DNA of 58,402 nucleotides, counting the filler, from Sphacelaria rigidula (Eukaryota): assembly GCA_964200075.2 (NCBI GenBank). It is 10 parts of 10 records of this genome, joined end to end, with 100 filler letters (N's around TTAATTAATTAA, not from the genome) between each part and the next. Parts side by side here need not be neighbours in the genome. Positions count along the whole stretch, not along the records: positions 35,103 to 40,852 come from CAXNAA020024754.1; positions 40,953 to 46,702 come from CAXNAA020024755.1; positions 46,803 to 52,552 come from CAXNAA020024756.1; 7 more parts are not named here. The stretch is one strand, 5' to 3'. Positions 38,431 through 49,832 of the stretch are shown in pieces. The first letter of the stretch is position 1. The number at the start of each line of letters is the position of its first letter. Below the pieces are notes generated by a model. That model was not told the DNA's origin. It saw nothing but the letters and a program-made list of their open reading frames with translations, and did not search any database. The position numbers and the translations under genes were made by a program.

Positions 38431-39344
38431 AGTAGGGAGGGCGCATCCGGGAGAAGAGCCCATCAGTGACTACTTTTGCGACGGTGGATCAGATAAACCC
38501 GCCGGACACAAGTCGAACTCTGCAGCGGGGATCTGGATCGGAGATTCGGATTCAGAATGCAGCAGGTCCGAGAGAGAGGAATCGGCAACGGAAGCGGGCG
38601 ATGACAATGAGGAAGATTTCGCGTTCTGATTTCAGTCCGTGGATAACATTGGGGTCGTTCTCTCTATAGATGTATTGCGCAAACTTTCCTATACAATTCA
38701 AGGTTGTTTTTTTCCAGGCTGTAATCCTGAGCCGGGTCTCATGTACATGGCGATGATGGTTCGTGCATGTGCGGTGCATCGTGGGATGCAAAAGTGTATA
38801 GGGAGTGATCTGGCTACGCCCGTCAGCGAATCGCCTGTGGTGCATGAGGCTACATAGTAATGTCAATCAAGTGAGAGTTTAAACGCAAGACGACTGATCT
38901 GAACGACACGATGGAATGCTAGTCAACACTTCGAGTCACCGTGCAGCACTACCAACGCTCGCGCCTCAACGTCATGGCGTTCGTGCAAGGAGAGAACCGC
39001 CGAGAATCATCCGCATCACCTCGTGTCGACTGTTCTTAGACAAAATTGCTGGTCCAGTCGAAAACAAATCTGCGGCCACCGAAAAATGCGAACGTGACAT
39101 GGGTTGTTCCCCCGGACTTGACCACTCTGGGAAAAGAGTGTTGGTGTGAAAAATATAATCTACAACTACCCAGAAAAGTTAATCTTCCTGGAGTTTTCTA
39201 TTTCCTAAAAGTACAGGAAGCCGCTACGAGAAGCTGTCAATACCCCCCTAGGTTCCTTAAGGACGCAAAATAACACAGATGAACAAAACAATAGTGCTGC
39301 AAACTGGGCCAGCAGTAAATCTCGCATTCGCATGTCACAACATT

Positions 39345-39900
39345 CCAATTTCACAAAATGAAGTTGGTTTCTGCCGCGGTACAAAATCAACCAAGAGGTT
39401 TTTTGCGACTCCGTTTTTGCGTCGTGATTCTTGCGTCGTGATCTTTGCGATATTTGTTTTGCGTTGTGGTTCTTGCGATCAGATCCTTGCGATAGTTTTT
39501 TTTATAGATTTTTTTCAGTCTGAAACCCTGATCGATTTCGGTATTTTGCAGATAACTTTGTCAAACGGACACCAAACGCATCCTGCTCCAAGGGGGACCT
39601 GGACACACAGCAGTTGCCGCTGCCTACCTAGGACACTTTCTACGATAGCCCCTCCCGAAAAAGTACATGGCTTTGGGAGGGAAAATCTTCACGTGAATCG
39701 AAATGGGAAAAGCCGAGCCAATATGAGGCGCTTCATGTAGCCTGAGGCCGAACATCAGGCGCTGTATGGCCATTTGTTTCGTGACACTTTTTGCTGGTTT
39801 TGGGGGGGGGTTATCGTAGAAAGTATCCTACTATCATCCTCCGAATCGAAGTCTTGAGTGAGAAGCCCAGCGTTTTGTGCCCATGTACGAGGATGATGTA
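39345..39900 (+). repeat. Interspersed repeat; second copy ~46965-47290
   Basis: Shared aatttcacaaa.tgaagttggtttctgc, gattcttgcg subrepeats, gacaccaaacgcatcctgctc and tatcatcctc..aatcgaagtctt. Confidence 0.8.
39631..39828. mobile_element. 198-bp MITE with TA target duplication (Tc1/mariner-like)
   Basis: TIR ggacactttctacgatagcccc / ggggttatcgtagaaagtatcc flanked by TA on both sides. It is absent from the homologous site in the second host copy (acctagtatcatcc at 47221). Confidence 0.85.
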
Positions 39901-42900
39901 CATCATATTAATAATCGAGGTGACTTCACTACTTGGTAGGTGACACATATTTATCGGAAATCTATGGTTTGCGCAGGTGCTGATGCATTACGAAGAACAC
40001 TAACCCCAACCCTAACCCTAACCCCAACCCCAACGGAGACATACCGAGAACCCTCGGGCACGGGGCGTGCGGCGTGTTCCCTTGGCGAAGTATGAGTTGC
40101 CAGGCCTCTAATCGGCGCTCCAAGTGCAACGCGTTCTGCGCACGCTAGGAGCACGCCCGGAGCAGGGTAATCCATCTGGATCGCGCATACGTTTTTCAAG
40201 TGAATATTGAGGCCGATTCAGCAGGTGAGCTACACTCAGGGTCAAAGGGTCAAAGAAAGATCCGGATTTCGGTGTCTAGACTCAAATCCAATACTGCACC
40301 TGTCCACAAGCCGTATACTTCCGAGAACGGTTACTACCTTGAACTACCAAGTGGTGAATGCTTCTGCATGAGTTAGAACGACTGCCAGGGATATCAGGTC
40401 CCAAAGGAAATTCACTTTCAAAATTTTTGAATATGCAGGATTTGTTCAAGCTAGGAGCACGCATGGTTGCAAAGCGTGGACTTTTGGGCTCTTCATGGGA
40501 CAGACAGCTGGGATCCCGTCACCAGTAGTAGTTACGCTGGGTTCAACGCCATCACCAGCAGTACCCACGCGTGGGAGACACACTCCACGTGCACAGCTCC
40601 CACAGAGAGGTGCGCACAGCTATATCTGCCAGAACCTCGCCGAGTAAGCAAGCATGGACCCATCGGCGGGTAGTACGTACCAGCGCTGTCCAGCACAGTC
40701 ACTATCAGTCGTAAAGTGCGTGGGTGTTGTCGCACGGACGAAACGCGGACCGTTTACGATCAAGAGCAGAAGCAGAAGCAGCAACAGCAGCAACAAACAA
40801 CAAATTGTGAGAATTGAGGTTTAACTTCGAGATGAGGCTCAAGCCTAAAACANNNNNNNNNNNNNNNNNNNNNNNNNNNNNNNNNNNNNNNNNNNNTTAA
40901 TTAATTAANNNNNNNNNNNNNNNNNNNNNNNNNNNNNNNNNNNNNNNNNNNNCTATGATGCCGATTCTCAAAGTGACCTGCCCAACACCCCGAGAAATAT
41001 TTTCGCTGAAACAGTGCAACCCCTATCGTAGCATCACTGACGTGGCTTAGTCAGAAGGAAGCTTACTCTCAAAGCTAGGTAGTGACAGTTATAAGTTAAA
41101 TACCGTCTTGTTACCAAAAGAACACTGACGAGGGCGACTGGAATGGTTTTGTGTGGGGTTTGTGTTTAGTGCTGACATGAGAATGTTGGAACGCGTTTGA
41201 CAGAGCTTCCAGATACTCTCACTCTAGAGGGCGGTAGTCATATAGCTCCAATACTCACAACCTGACTATTCCCATGTAGAGTTGAAATACATACCATTAC
41301 GGGAAAACATCGTTATTTTTAGTAGGAGTATTAAAAAAGTAGTATACAGGATTGGAGGGACGCCAACAGGAATAAATCACGAAATGGGCCTTAATTCCTC
41401 GTGTGTATCTTTTTCTCTCCATCTCTTTTTTTTGTCGGTGGTTGCTGACTGCGGGGACCTTGCGGTTCATACGAGCTATCGTTTGTTAAAATCGACCTAT
41501 GAACGCTCGAGTTACGTTCGTTCATGTGTCCGCTCGTGCTAACACTGTTCCCCCCGTAATATATTATGCGCATGTTCGTCACACTTCAACTATTTCCCTC
41601 TTCCGGATGAGTGGGCAGTCTCAATGTTTTATCCTCATCTGTGCTCCGATGCATGCCTGACACGTTGGTGTTGCACATTGGGTCAGCACTCCCGCACGGC
41701 GTTGATTCTCGTTCAAATATTCCTCGCTTCTTAGACCACTTCTTATGGAAACAATTTCACTAGCTGATTAACAGCGCATGTCCTGGCCCTACAGAGGCGT
41801 TTTATTCGAGTGAAGATACGGTCTTGTACATAACGCCCCCTTGGAACGAATTACTCGATTTTGTGAGAGGATTTGGATGCGTGCATTATGGAGAATCTGG
41901 AAGGTGTGTACGACATCGCATGGTGCTCTTTTCCCGACCCAGCATTATTTGACGCACGCTGAAATGTACTAAAGGGTCATGACACGGTAACGGTTGCATA
42001 TTTGGGTCCGGGCGCTACTTGTTGCGGGGCTCCCTAAGTTAGAAGCTGCAAAAGGATATGGGTCAGAACACCCCCGTTTGAAATGCATTCGAGAAATCCC
42101 TAGACTTTTGGAGCGCCAATCAATCGGGATGTGCTCTCACATATTTCATCAGTCCTTTTTTCGATAAAATAGAGGGCTGCAGACAAGTCAAACCTGAGGA
42201 ATCTCCTGCGCGACCCTCCCGTAGCATAACCTCAAGCATGTCCCACAATTCTCTCAGACAGTAAAGAAATGTATTCCGAGCTAGCGTTGTCTGCCTGGTC
42301 ATTTTTTCACGGGAAGTTCACCGCGGAGGGGACGGGAAATGGGCTTTTGATCGGTTCGTACTTTTGGTCTCATAGGAAGCAGTCACACGTCCTCAAATTT
42401 TCGATGGCGGAATCCGTATAACGTTTGGGGGGGGGTAAGACATTTGCCGGGATTCAAGTCCTCAGCCTTCCGTCTTGCGTGTGTGGCGTGAGATATAACA
42501 GCTAGACCACCGCAGCGCGACGGTTACCGAGTAATGTTTCTGCAATCGAAAACTATTTCGATGGCGACTCTGATCGCCTCATTCATCGTTGCAACCGTAG
42601 ATGACGATCATCGAAACCGGTTGAAGGGCGGACAAGAGGGCTTGAAAGGTGTCCTCCCGGGGAAGTCGTGCAGCTAGCTCAGTTCGGTAACGCAGCTGAC
42701 CCACTCTCAGCCAGGAAGCGGTTTCATGTGAATGGAAAAGGATTTCATTGCATTCTCGTTGTTTTCGTTCGTTGTGTATCGATGAAAGAATGGCCAGGTA
42801 GAACCACAAAAGAGAGATTAAAAGACGGCGTAGAGGGAGATCCCACCCAACTTCATCACTCCGACTACTTATTTCGATGGTATGCAGGGTATATTTGAGA

Positions 42901-43689
42901 TTCTTTTTGGCCTGTATCGGCACCACCTTGTATTGTCCTGGCATCATTTTGCGTGTATCGGTCAAGGTAGTGGGGAATCGATTCCCACCTTTACAAACAA
43001 TTTGGAGTCTTCCCAAGAAACGGTTGGAAAGGAGGTTAGAATACATGTAAATTGTTGCACTAGATCAGGAAATCACGACTATGATCCAGGTTACGGAGGC
43101 CTCGTGACGCCGAGTTGTTGTGTGTCGCGATTGAGTTCTTGAGTCGTCATGTTTTGTACGCCCATGCGCCAGTCTGGTATGAAAATGAAAAACGCTGCGT
43201 ACCGTCATAGGCTGATTTGCTTGCAATCGAGGATAGAAGACGATACGACAAGCACCAGCTGAAACGCCTGATATCTTCCCCGAGAGTGATCCTGCAAGAG
43301 GGGGTGGGGATGAGGGTGGGGGCGGTGTTAGACTGCACGAAAAAGCAGGAGCTCATCGGTGGGTCAGATAATCAAACACCCTAACGGTGCGCTTGTATTT
43401 GGTTAAAAACGTTGTCGGGCAGTATGAATGAGTGTGCCTTGTTGGTTACAATCGCGTTCGAACCAAAGCTGCTGCTTTTGACAATGGCTTGAAGTGGAAT
43501 CCTTGTGCAAGAAATGGCCCATCCGGTCCCCCTACCTCTCCAATTATAGGATGACTCCTGAGAAACCGGGGGCTTGCGCGTGTCGTAGCTTTAATCCGCT
43601 CGCCGTTTTCCTTAGGTGCCAATGTGATTGTATCGCTGATAATACTCACGCACTGACATTTTTTGTTCACCGTGAATCACCGCCGCCAG

Positions 43690-46595
43690 GGAATGGACAA
43701 GTTCGGGCAACGGTGGCGCGCTCTAAAGCCTCAGGAAATGAAAGATTGGTCGACTCCCGAGGTAGAGCGAGTGTTCGCAGCGCTCAGCGACTGGCGAGAA
43801 CAGTTCCACGAGCACAAGAAGAAGGTGAGGCAATCAGTAACGTGAGAGGGTTTGGGTGCTACAGTGTCATCACTTCCGGTCAGGACGCAGGTGTGATCTA
43901 CTGGGGACGAATCTATAACGGTTTTACGAATCTGACTGCGTGTTGCCGAGAGCCCTGAAATCTGTGAAGTGGGGCAGAATTTGTAGCGTATTGTTCATGA
44001 TGGAACACTTGTTTGGTTTCGCTTGAAGGTACTCGAGTTTTCCATGCGCTTCGGAATCAGGCCCAATCGAACCAGACGCAATGAAAGCAGGCACCCCACG
44101 CGCACACAGATATGATGTCGCCACAGCACACGCTAACGAAAGCCTCGTTTCGGCATTTAAGCCAGTATCGAGGGGGTATATATCACGGAAAACCTTGCGT
44201 CCTCCGCTCAGGCCGAAGCGTTGAGGAGGAACTATCTATGGTTTGATGTGCCAGAGTTTGTTTTGTCTTGCTACCTCATCCTGGACAATGACAGTAGATC
44301 ACAATGTCAACAAGTGTACTGCGTACAGTATGGAGTCTATTGTCTATCGCAATCACCGCAATAATCGTTATTGCACGCAGTACACATTTTTACTATGTAA
44401 TCTTTTGTCCTCAGAGTGTGATTGCTACTGCTATGGCGAATAGCCGAGAAAAGAACGAATCATATCTTTCATTCACGCTATTTCCGATTCTCCACATTTA
44501 TCCTTTCGGTCACCCTTTGTTCCGCAGTTGACTCAAGGGCAGCAAGTGGGAAGCATGAAGTGTGAAAGCGAAGAAACAGAGGCAAGAGACATCCTGCTTG
44601 ATAATAAACCTCGGTTCTTCCGGTTTTTCGTTCCCTCAACACGAGCCTTGTCATGCCACTGTCGCGTACGTCCTCCACTCAGGCGGAAGCACTAAACGAA
44701 AACTGCCTATCGTTCGGAATGCCGGCGCCGAGACTGGAAGGTGTAGACGCCATCGAGGAAGACCTGTCAGCGACTGAGTCAAGCTGGGCTTTGTATAAGG
44801 AGTACAGCGAAGAACTAAAGGTATACCTTACATATGTCAAATCGCGGGATTTTAGCCGTGTCCGCTTGGAAGAAAAACGACTATACCCAGCAGTGACATC
44901 CTCTGGAGATCTCTTGCTGATGAGAGGGTGGAAGAGCGCTCTGCGCAATGCTATTGGAGTAGGCTAACCCTGGTCATTAGATATACTTTTATATTCCTGC
45001 ATACATGCGGCCGCGCCCCGGTGGTGTAATGATCCGTCTGTCGCCATTCGGGTGGAGAGAACGAGGGTTCAATTCCCGATACGTTGCGTTTTTTCTCCGT
45101 GACATCTGATTTCTACCGTGGAAAGCGTGAGAACGTGCGTAAACAAAGTAATTAACTGAGTTTGTTTGACGTAAGTTGACGCGGTACGGGAGTACTGATA
45201 GTCATGACCCAATTCGCGAGACCAAAATGCAAGCCGTGTACCGGGGGCGACATGGGTTGGACCCTTGAGACCACGGACTCATCCCGAAGAAGGGGAGGGG
45301 TTAAAAGCGCGACAAGTGAAATACAAAAGAGCAAATGTTGTCATTTTTTTGTTACACTTCCAAGCACTCACCTTTCTCCAGACGAGTCCGTGGTCTCAAG
45401 GGATCAACCTGTCCCTCCCCGGTGCAAGCCTTGTGTTTTGATATTGCGGATTGGATCATGACTATCAGCTTTCACGCCCCGTGTCAACTCCCGTCTAACA
45501 ACCTTGGTTAAAGTCTTTTCGCCTACTCACGTACGCAGTACGCATGCTTTTTCCACGGCGGAATTCAGATACCCTCGAAGGGGAAACCCAAACGCATACG
45601 GCGGAAATCGAACCCGCGGTCTCTCCGCCCTAATGGTGTCAGTTGTATCATTTGAGTTGACGCCCACCGGAGCGCGGCGGCTTCACTGCCCTGGAATAAT
45701 CTCTGAAGGACAAACGGACTCGTGCCTGCTCCTGAGAAGCACTAGTTAGATCCCTCCAATTATGCATTTAGTTCACCTGACGCCTTGCGCTACATATCTC
45801 TAGGGCTAGTCGTAATCGTAGGCCTAAATCTCAAGTGTTTTCCGTGGGCCGTGCGACACTACGGGTGGGCGAAATGATGTCGTGTCCTCGCGTGATAACG
45901 TGCAACACGTTAACTGTACGGTGTTGATTTGAACACATCCGTGCATCTTAGAACACAGGTACGATGCAGTTTAGATGCAGGTACAGAAGGGCGGTCCAAC
46001 GTGTCTACTGCACGACCACACTCGGTCGTATCATTTGTTGTGAGAGCTTGCCAACGGTGCAATGCGTCTTCGAGTTCTGGTGATATCCAAGGGTCGAAGG
46101 AATTCATGATTCGTCCGGAAATTACTCAATTCTAGTGTAATTGATTCGTACCTCACGAATCAATCCTTGGGCTTCGTTTTCAGCTTTGCAAACCAGGAAC
46201 GCGCGCTCCAGGTACATGGAGTGGCGCAAATATTGCGTGGAGGCGTTTTTGACCAGTGGGAACCTATTTTTTCCTCTTCCGAGTAATCAGGCCTAAAAGA
46301 TCGTGGGTTTGGTGAATCGAACCGACGATTATTTCGTCCGAACCTTTCTGATATCGAATGATGCCAAGAGGCGGAACCGCCGTATGCGACTAGACCGGAG
46401 AACCGTGTCCAAAGGTTCTGTTTAACCTCGGAATCGGTTGGCGGCGTCATACAGGGGCTAGCGGACCAAGACTGGATCAGCTTCCGGCCTAACGTGTTTG
46501 CGCTACAGGATTTGGCGAGCAAGTGGATTGAGAGGATCAAGGATCGGCTTGCTGAGGCGCAGCGAGCGGACACTGTGACGGAGCATGTTCACCAG
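43690..46595 (+). CDS. DYNC2H1: Cytoplasmic dynein 2 heavy chain (IFT dynein), internal exons
   Basis: Phase-0 exons 43690-43824, 44683-44820 and 46455-46595 give DKFGQRWRALKP...NCLSFGMPAP...EEDLSATESSWALYKEY...LADQDWISFR, which matches the dynein-2 tail pattern KFxxRWxxLKP...CxxF...WxxYxE...xDWIxFR. Confidence 0.88.
45010..45320 (+). mobile_element. tRNA-derived SINE (copy 1) in a DYNC2H1 intron
   Basis: Head gccgcgccccggTGGTGTAATGA...GGTTCAATTCCc has A/B-box-like motifs; the 3' end reads tgagaccacggactcatccc...gttaaaagcgcgacaa. Confidence 0.78.
45345..45678 (-). mobile_element. tRNA-derived SINE (copy 2), inverted relative to copy 1
   Basis: The reverse complement begins gccgcgctccggtgg...GGTTCGATTTCCg and shares ctgatagtcatga and cccttgagaccacggactc with copy 1. 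Confidence 0.78.
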
Positions 46596-46611
46596 GTGTT
46601 GCCGTCATCAT

Positions 46612-46642
46612 CATTATTGTCGTTATTTATTACTATTATTAC

Positions 46643-46702
<60 letters not shown>
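46612..46702 (+). repeat. (ATT)n microsatellite at a contig end
   Basis: Direct reading. Confidence 0.95.
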
Positions 46703-48834
46703 NNNNNNNNNNNNNNNNNNNNNNNNNNNNNNNNNNNNNNNNNNNNTTAATTAATTAANNNNNNNNNNNNNNNNNNNNNNNNNNNNNNNNNNNNNNNNNN
46801 NNTATTCTGTGGTATCGCCACTTCCAGAGACAGCCACGGCTTTTACACTGCCTCATGGGTGCATACCGCTGTGGAGGGGGGGGGGTATTTTGGATCACTT
46901 CATGCACGAAATTCCATGTCAAACCTTTGTTGAAAGCAGCAAAAAAAATTCGAACGAGCTTGTTTCAATTTCACAAAGTGAAGTTGGTTTCTGCTGCGGA
47001 TAAAAATTCGACTAACTGGTTCTTGTGCGACTCCATTTTTGCGTCAGGATTACTGCGACCTGATTCTTGCGATCTGATTCTTGCGATATTTTTTTGTTAG
47101 ATTTTTGTAGTCTATCTAAAACCTCTGTCGATTTCGGTGTATGGGGATAAACTTGTCAAACAGACACCAAACGCATCCTGCTCTAAGGGGCACCTGAACA
47201 AACAGTAGTTGCCGCTGCCCACCTAGTATCATCCTCGAAATCGAAGTCTTCAGTGAGAACCCTCAGCGTCTGGTTCCCATGTACAAGGAAGGATTATCTT
47301 CATCTGTTATAGTATCATGCTCCAAAACGTACCCAACAAGGAGGCAACACCCCCGTACAGACAGTCGTAATGCTAGCGGATCCTACGTCCTGACAGTCCG
47401 TGACAGTCTGGCAGCCGGCAAGGTGGTTATGGTAGTGTCCTTCTAGCGATGCCAACGTACGATGCACTGAAGCAGAGCTTGCAGGTAAATATTTCGGCGA
47501 TTGCCTCACCTGCAGTTCACCCAGATGTTGCGGATTTTTTCTCGACATCACATACATGTACAGGTGGAAATATACCAGACCCTCTGTTACATGTTATGGT
47601 ACTCGAAGGGACTAGCGTCGATAAGGTACAGCAACGTTCTGGACATACAGATCTCGGAGTAAATGAACGTGTGGATATCACCCTTGATAAGCCGTCGAGA
47701 AATATCAGATTGTTGGAAGATCCAATGCGATGTTCTGAAAAGTCGATGAGAGATACAGTATGGTTGATGTTTGCACATCGAATGGTAATGTGCACAACGG
47801 ATAGTGTTCCCGGAACGTTCATTGGATGGAGGATATCTGATCTTTGGTCATTTTATCATGATTAGTTACGGATATAATTCCTACGTAAGGTAGCCACTCG
47901 GCGGCCCCGAGTGCCCATCCGAGCTCACTCTCTTTCGGATCCAGGACATCATCAGCGTTGTCCTGCCGTTGCTCTGAGTTCCAAGTGTGTCCTTACCAGT
48001 AAGCTTTATAGTCTCGGGGAACTATTGGCTCTGGTTCGTATTGTAAACTAATGTCATAACATATAGGGTTTCAGCTTTTAGCGATCAAGCTCTTGTTGTG
48101 TGCTGCCTACTGCGTTGCACGCTGTCTTCCGGTGCCTCCCTGGGGCACAGAGCAGCAAAGTTGGAGTCACGGTATTTGAGTTATCAACGATATTTTATTT
48201 TTCCTCCCCACGGCTTAATTTTGTTTCTTCCCTGATGCCGCTCCTGTGCACACGTTGGCCCTTGGCTGCCGCCGGCACATGTAATGATCGTAGCTTCAGC
48301 GTGCACCTCCGCGCTCGCTATTGTATATAGTTTGCTGTGGCTTCGTGAATTCTGTACATGCTGCGATCGTTACCTTGCTGTCGACCCCGTTTCTGGTGCA
48401 AAACAGTACGTGTACAGTTGGTTTTAGGTCCGAACAAATAAACCCCAAGCGGGTTGCGTCGAGGTTTGTGTGTACAGATCACTGAGATGCATCACCGTTC
48501 ATTGCACACCTTCGCTCACGGTGCGCACCCTACAACACTCTCGACGTCTCATTTCTATATCAGCACTGACCATATTCTCTTTGCTCATAGTTCGTCGGCG
48601 CACGCCTGGATAACCCATTCGTGCAGAACAGAAACGCTTTCAGTGTTGCACCCCAGTGTTCGCATCGTCCCGTGCGGAGCAATATGTAGTACAGTTTGCT
48701 TACTGTACACTATTTTGCATGATTGTTTTTGTGATGCCCCGACACCAGAATATCGATTCACCCCGGTGATGCTTCGTGGTTGGAAGTATCCACCCTCCGA
48801 CCACTACGCCGAGAACGCCGAGGTTAGTGTATGA

Positions 48835-48995
48835 ACGGCACTCTTCAGCGGCAGCGAATCGATTCCGTGCTGATATATATATATATATATATATTGGTTT
48901 GTGTACGGCACTCTTCAGCGGTAGCAAATCGACGCCGTGCTGATATATAGATATAGATATAGATATATAGATAGATAGATAGATATATAGATATG
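48835..48995 (+). repeat. Tandem duplication of a ~70-bp unit ending in (TA)n/(TAGA)n
   Basis: acggcactcttcagcgg.agc.aatcga..ccgtgctgatatata occurs twice. Confidence 0.85.
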
Positions 48996-49832
48996 TCTGT
49001 GTGCATTTTTTTCCGTTCTGTGCAGTTGACATTTTGCTCCGTTCCTACACTCTCTCATGAGAACATACGGAGTAACTACACACTGTTGATGACTGCTACC
49101 CATGTGTGCACGTTCACGAGCGATACGCTCCCGTTATAGTTGTGCATTTTTGTGTTGTGTCGTGGGGTGGTAGATCGACACACGATCAGCCAACAGTAAT
49201 GCATAACACCTTGGTATGGTGTCTGGTGCATGCCCTTTGCGAGTACAGCTACCCTTCACCACAGCACAGGAGTACAGACGGACCAAATTGTTCCGTCCGG
49301 TACTTCTCACATCAAGTTGTGTGTGTCCACCGGAAGGCACAGTGTATCTCATTTCCACATGCCCACGCATGATGCAGCCTTTGATGGGTAGCTGCGTTGC
49401 TTCCATGGACGATGCCCTGTACCGGGTATATATTTTGTCTTCTCGTGGCAACGCTACGAAACGCAGTCTTGGTTCACATTTCAGGTTTCAGATCCACTCG
49501 ATCAACAACTGTCCGTGCCCAATCCTCTATATTTTTTTTATATTCGAATATATTGTCTGCGATTCTTGTGTCTACGTCTAGGCGTGTGCGCTATGCGGTC
49601 ATATACTCGCTTTTGTAACAGCGTCCCCACGGCCATTGTAGTACGACAATACTTCGGAAATATTGACTTGAGTTTGACACATATGTACACAGGACACTAT
49701 GGAGTATGACAGGTGTCGGGTGAAATTACTGGTTCAACTGGTGACAAAATCGACCAGTTAACCAGTTGCACCACTTAACTATAACTGGTCAGTTAAACTG
49801 GCAGCCAGTTCACAACCCTAACTATTACACTA

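Noticed and set aside
42579..43046. 155-aa ORF containing DEVG as a possible DDE transposase
   Set aside because: A single short motif with no supporting catalytic residues or TIRs.
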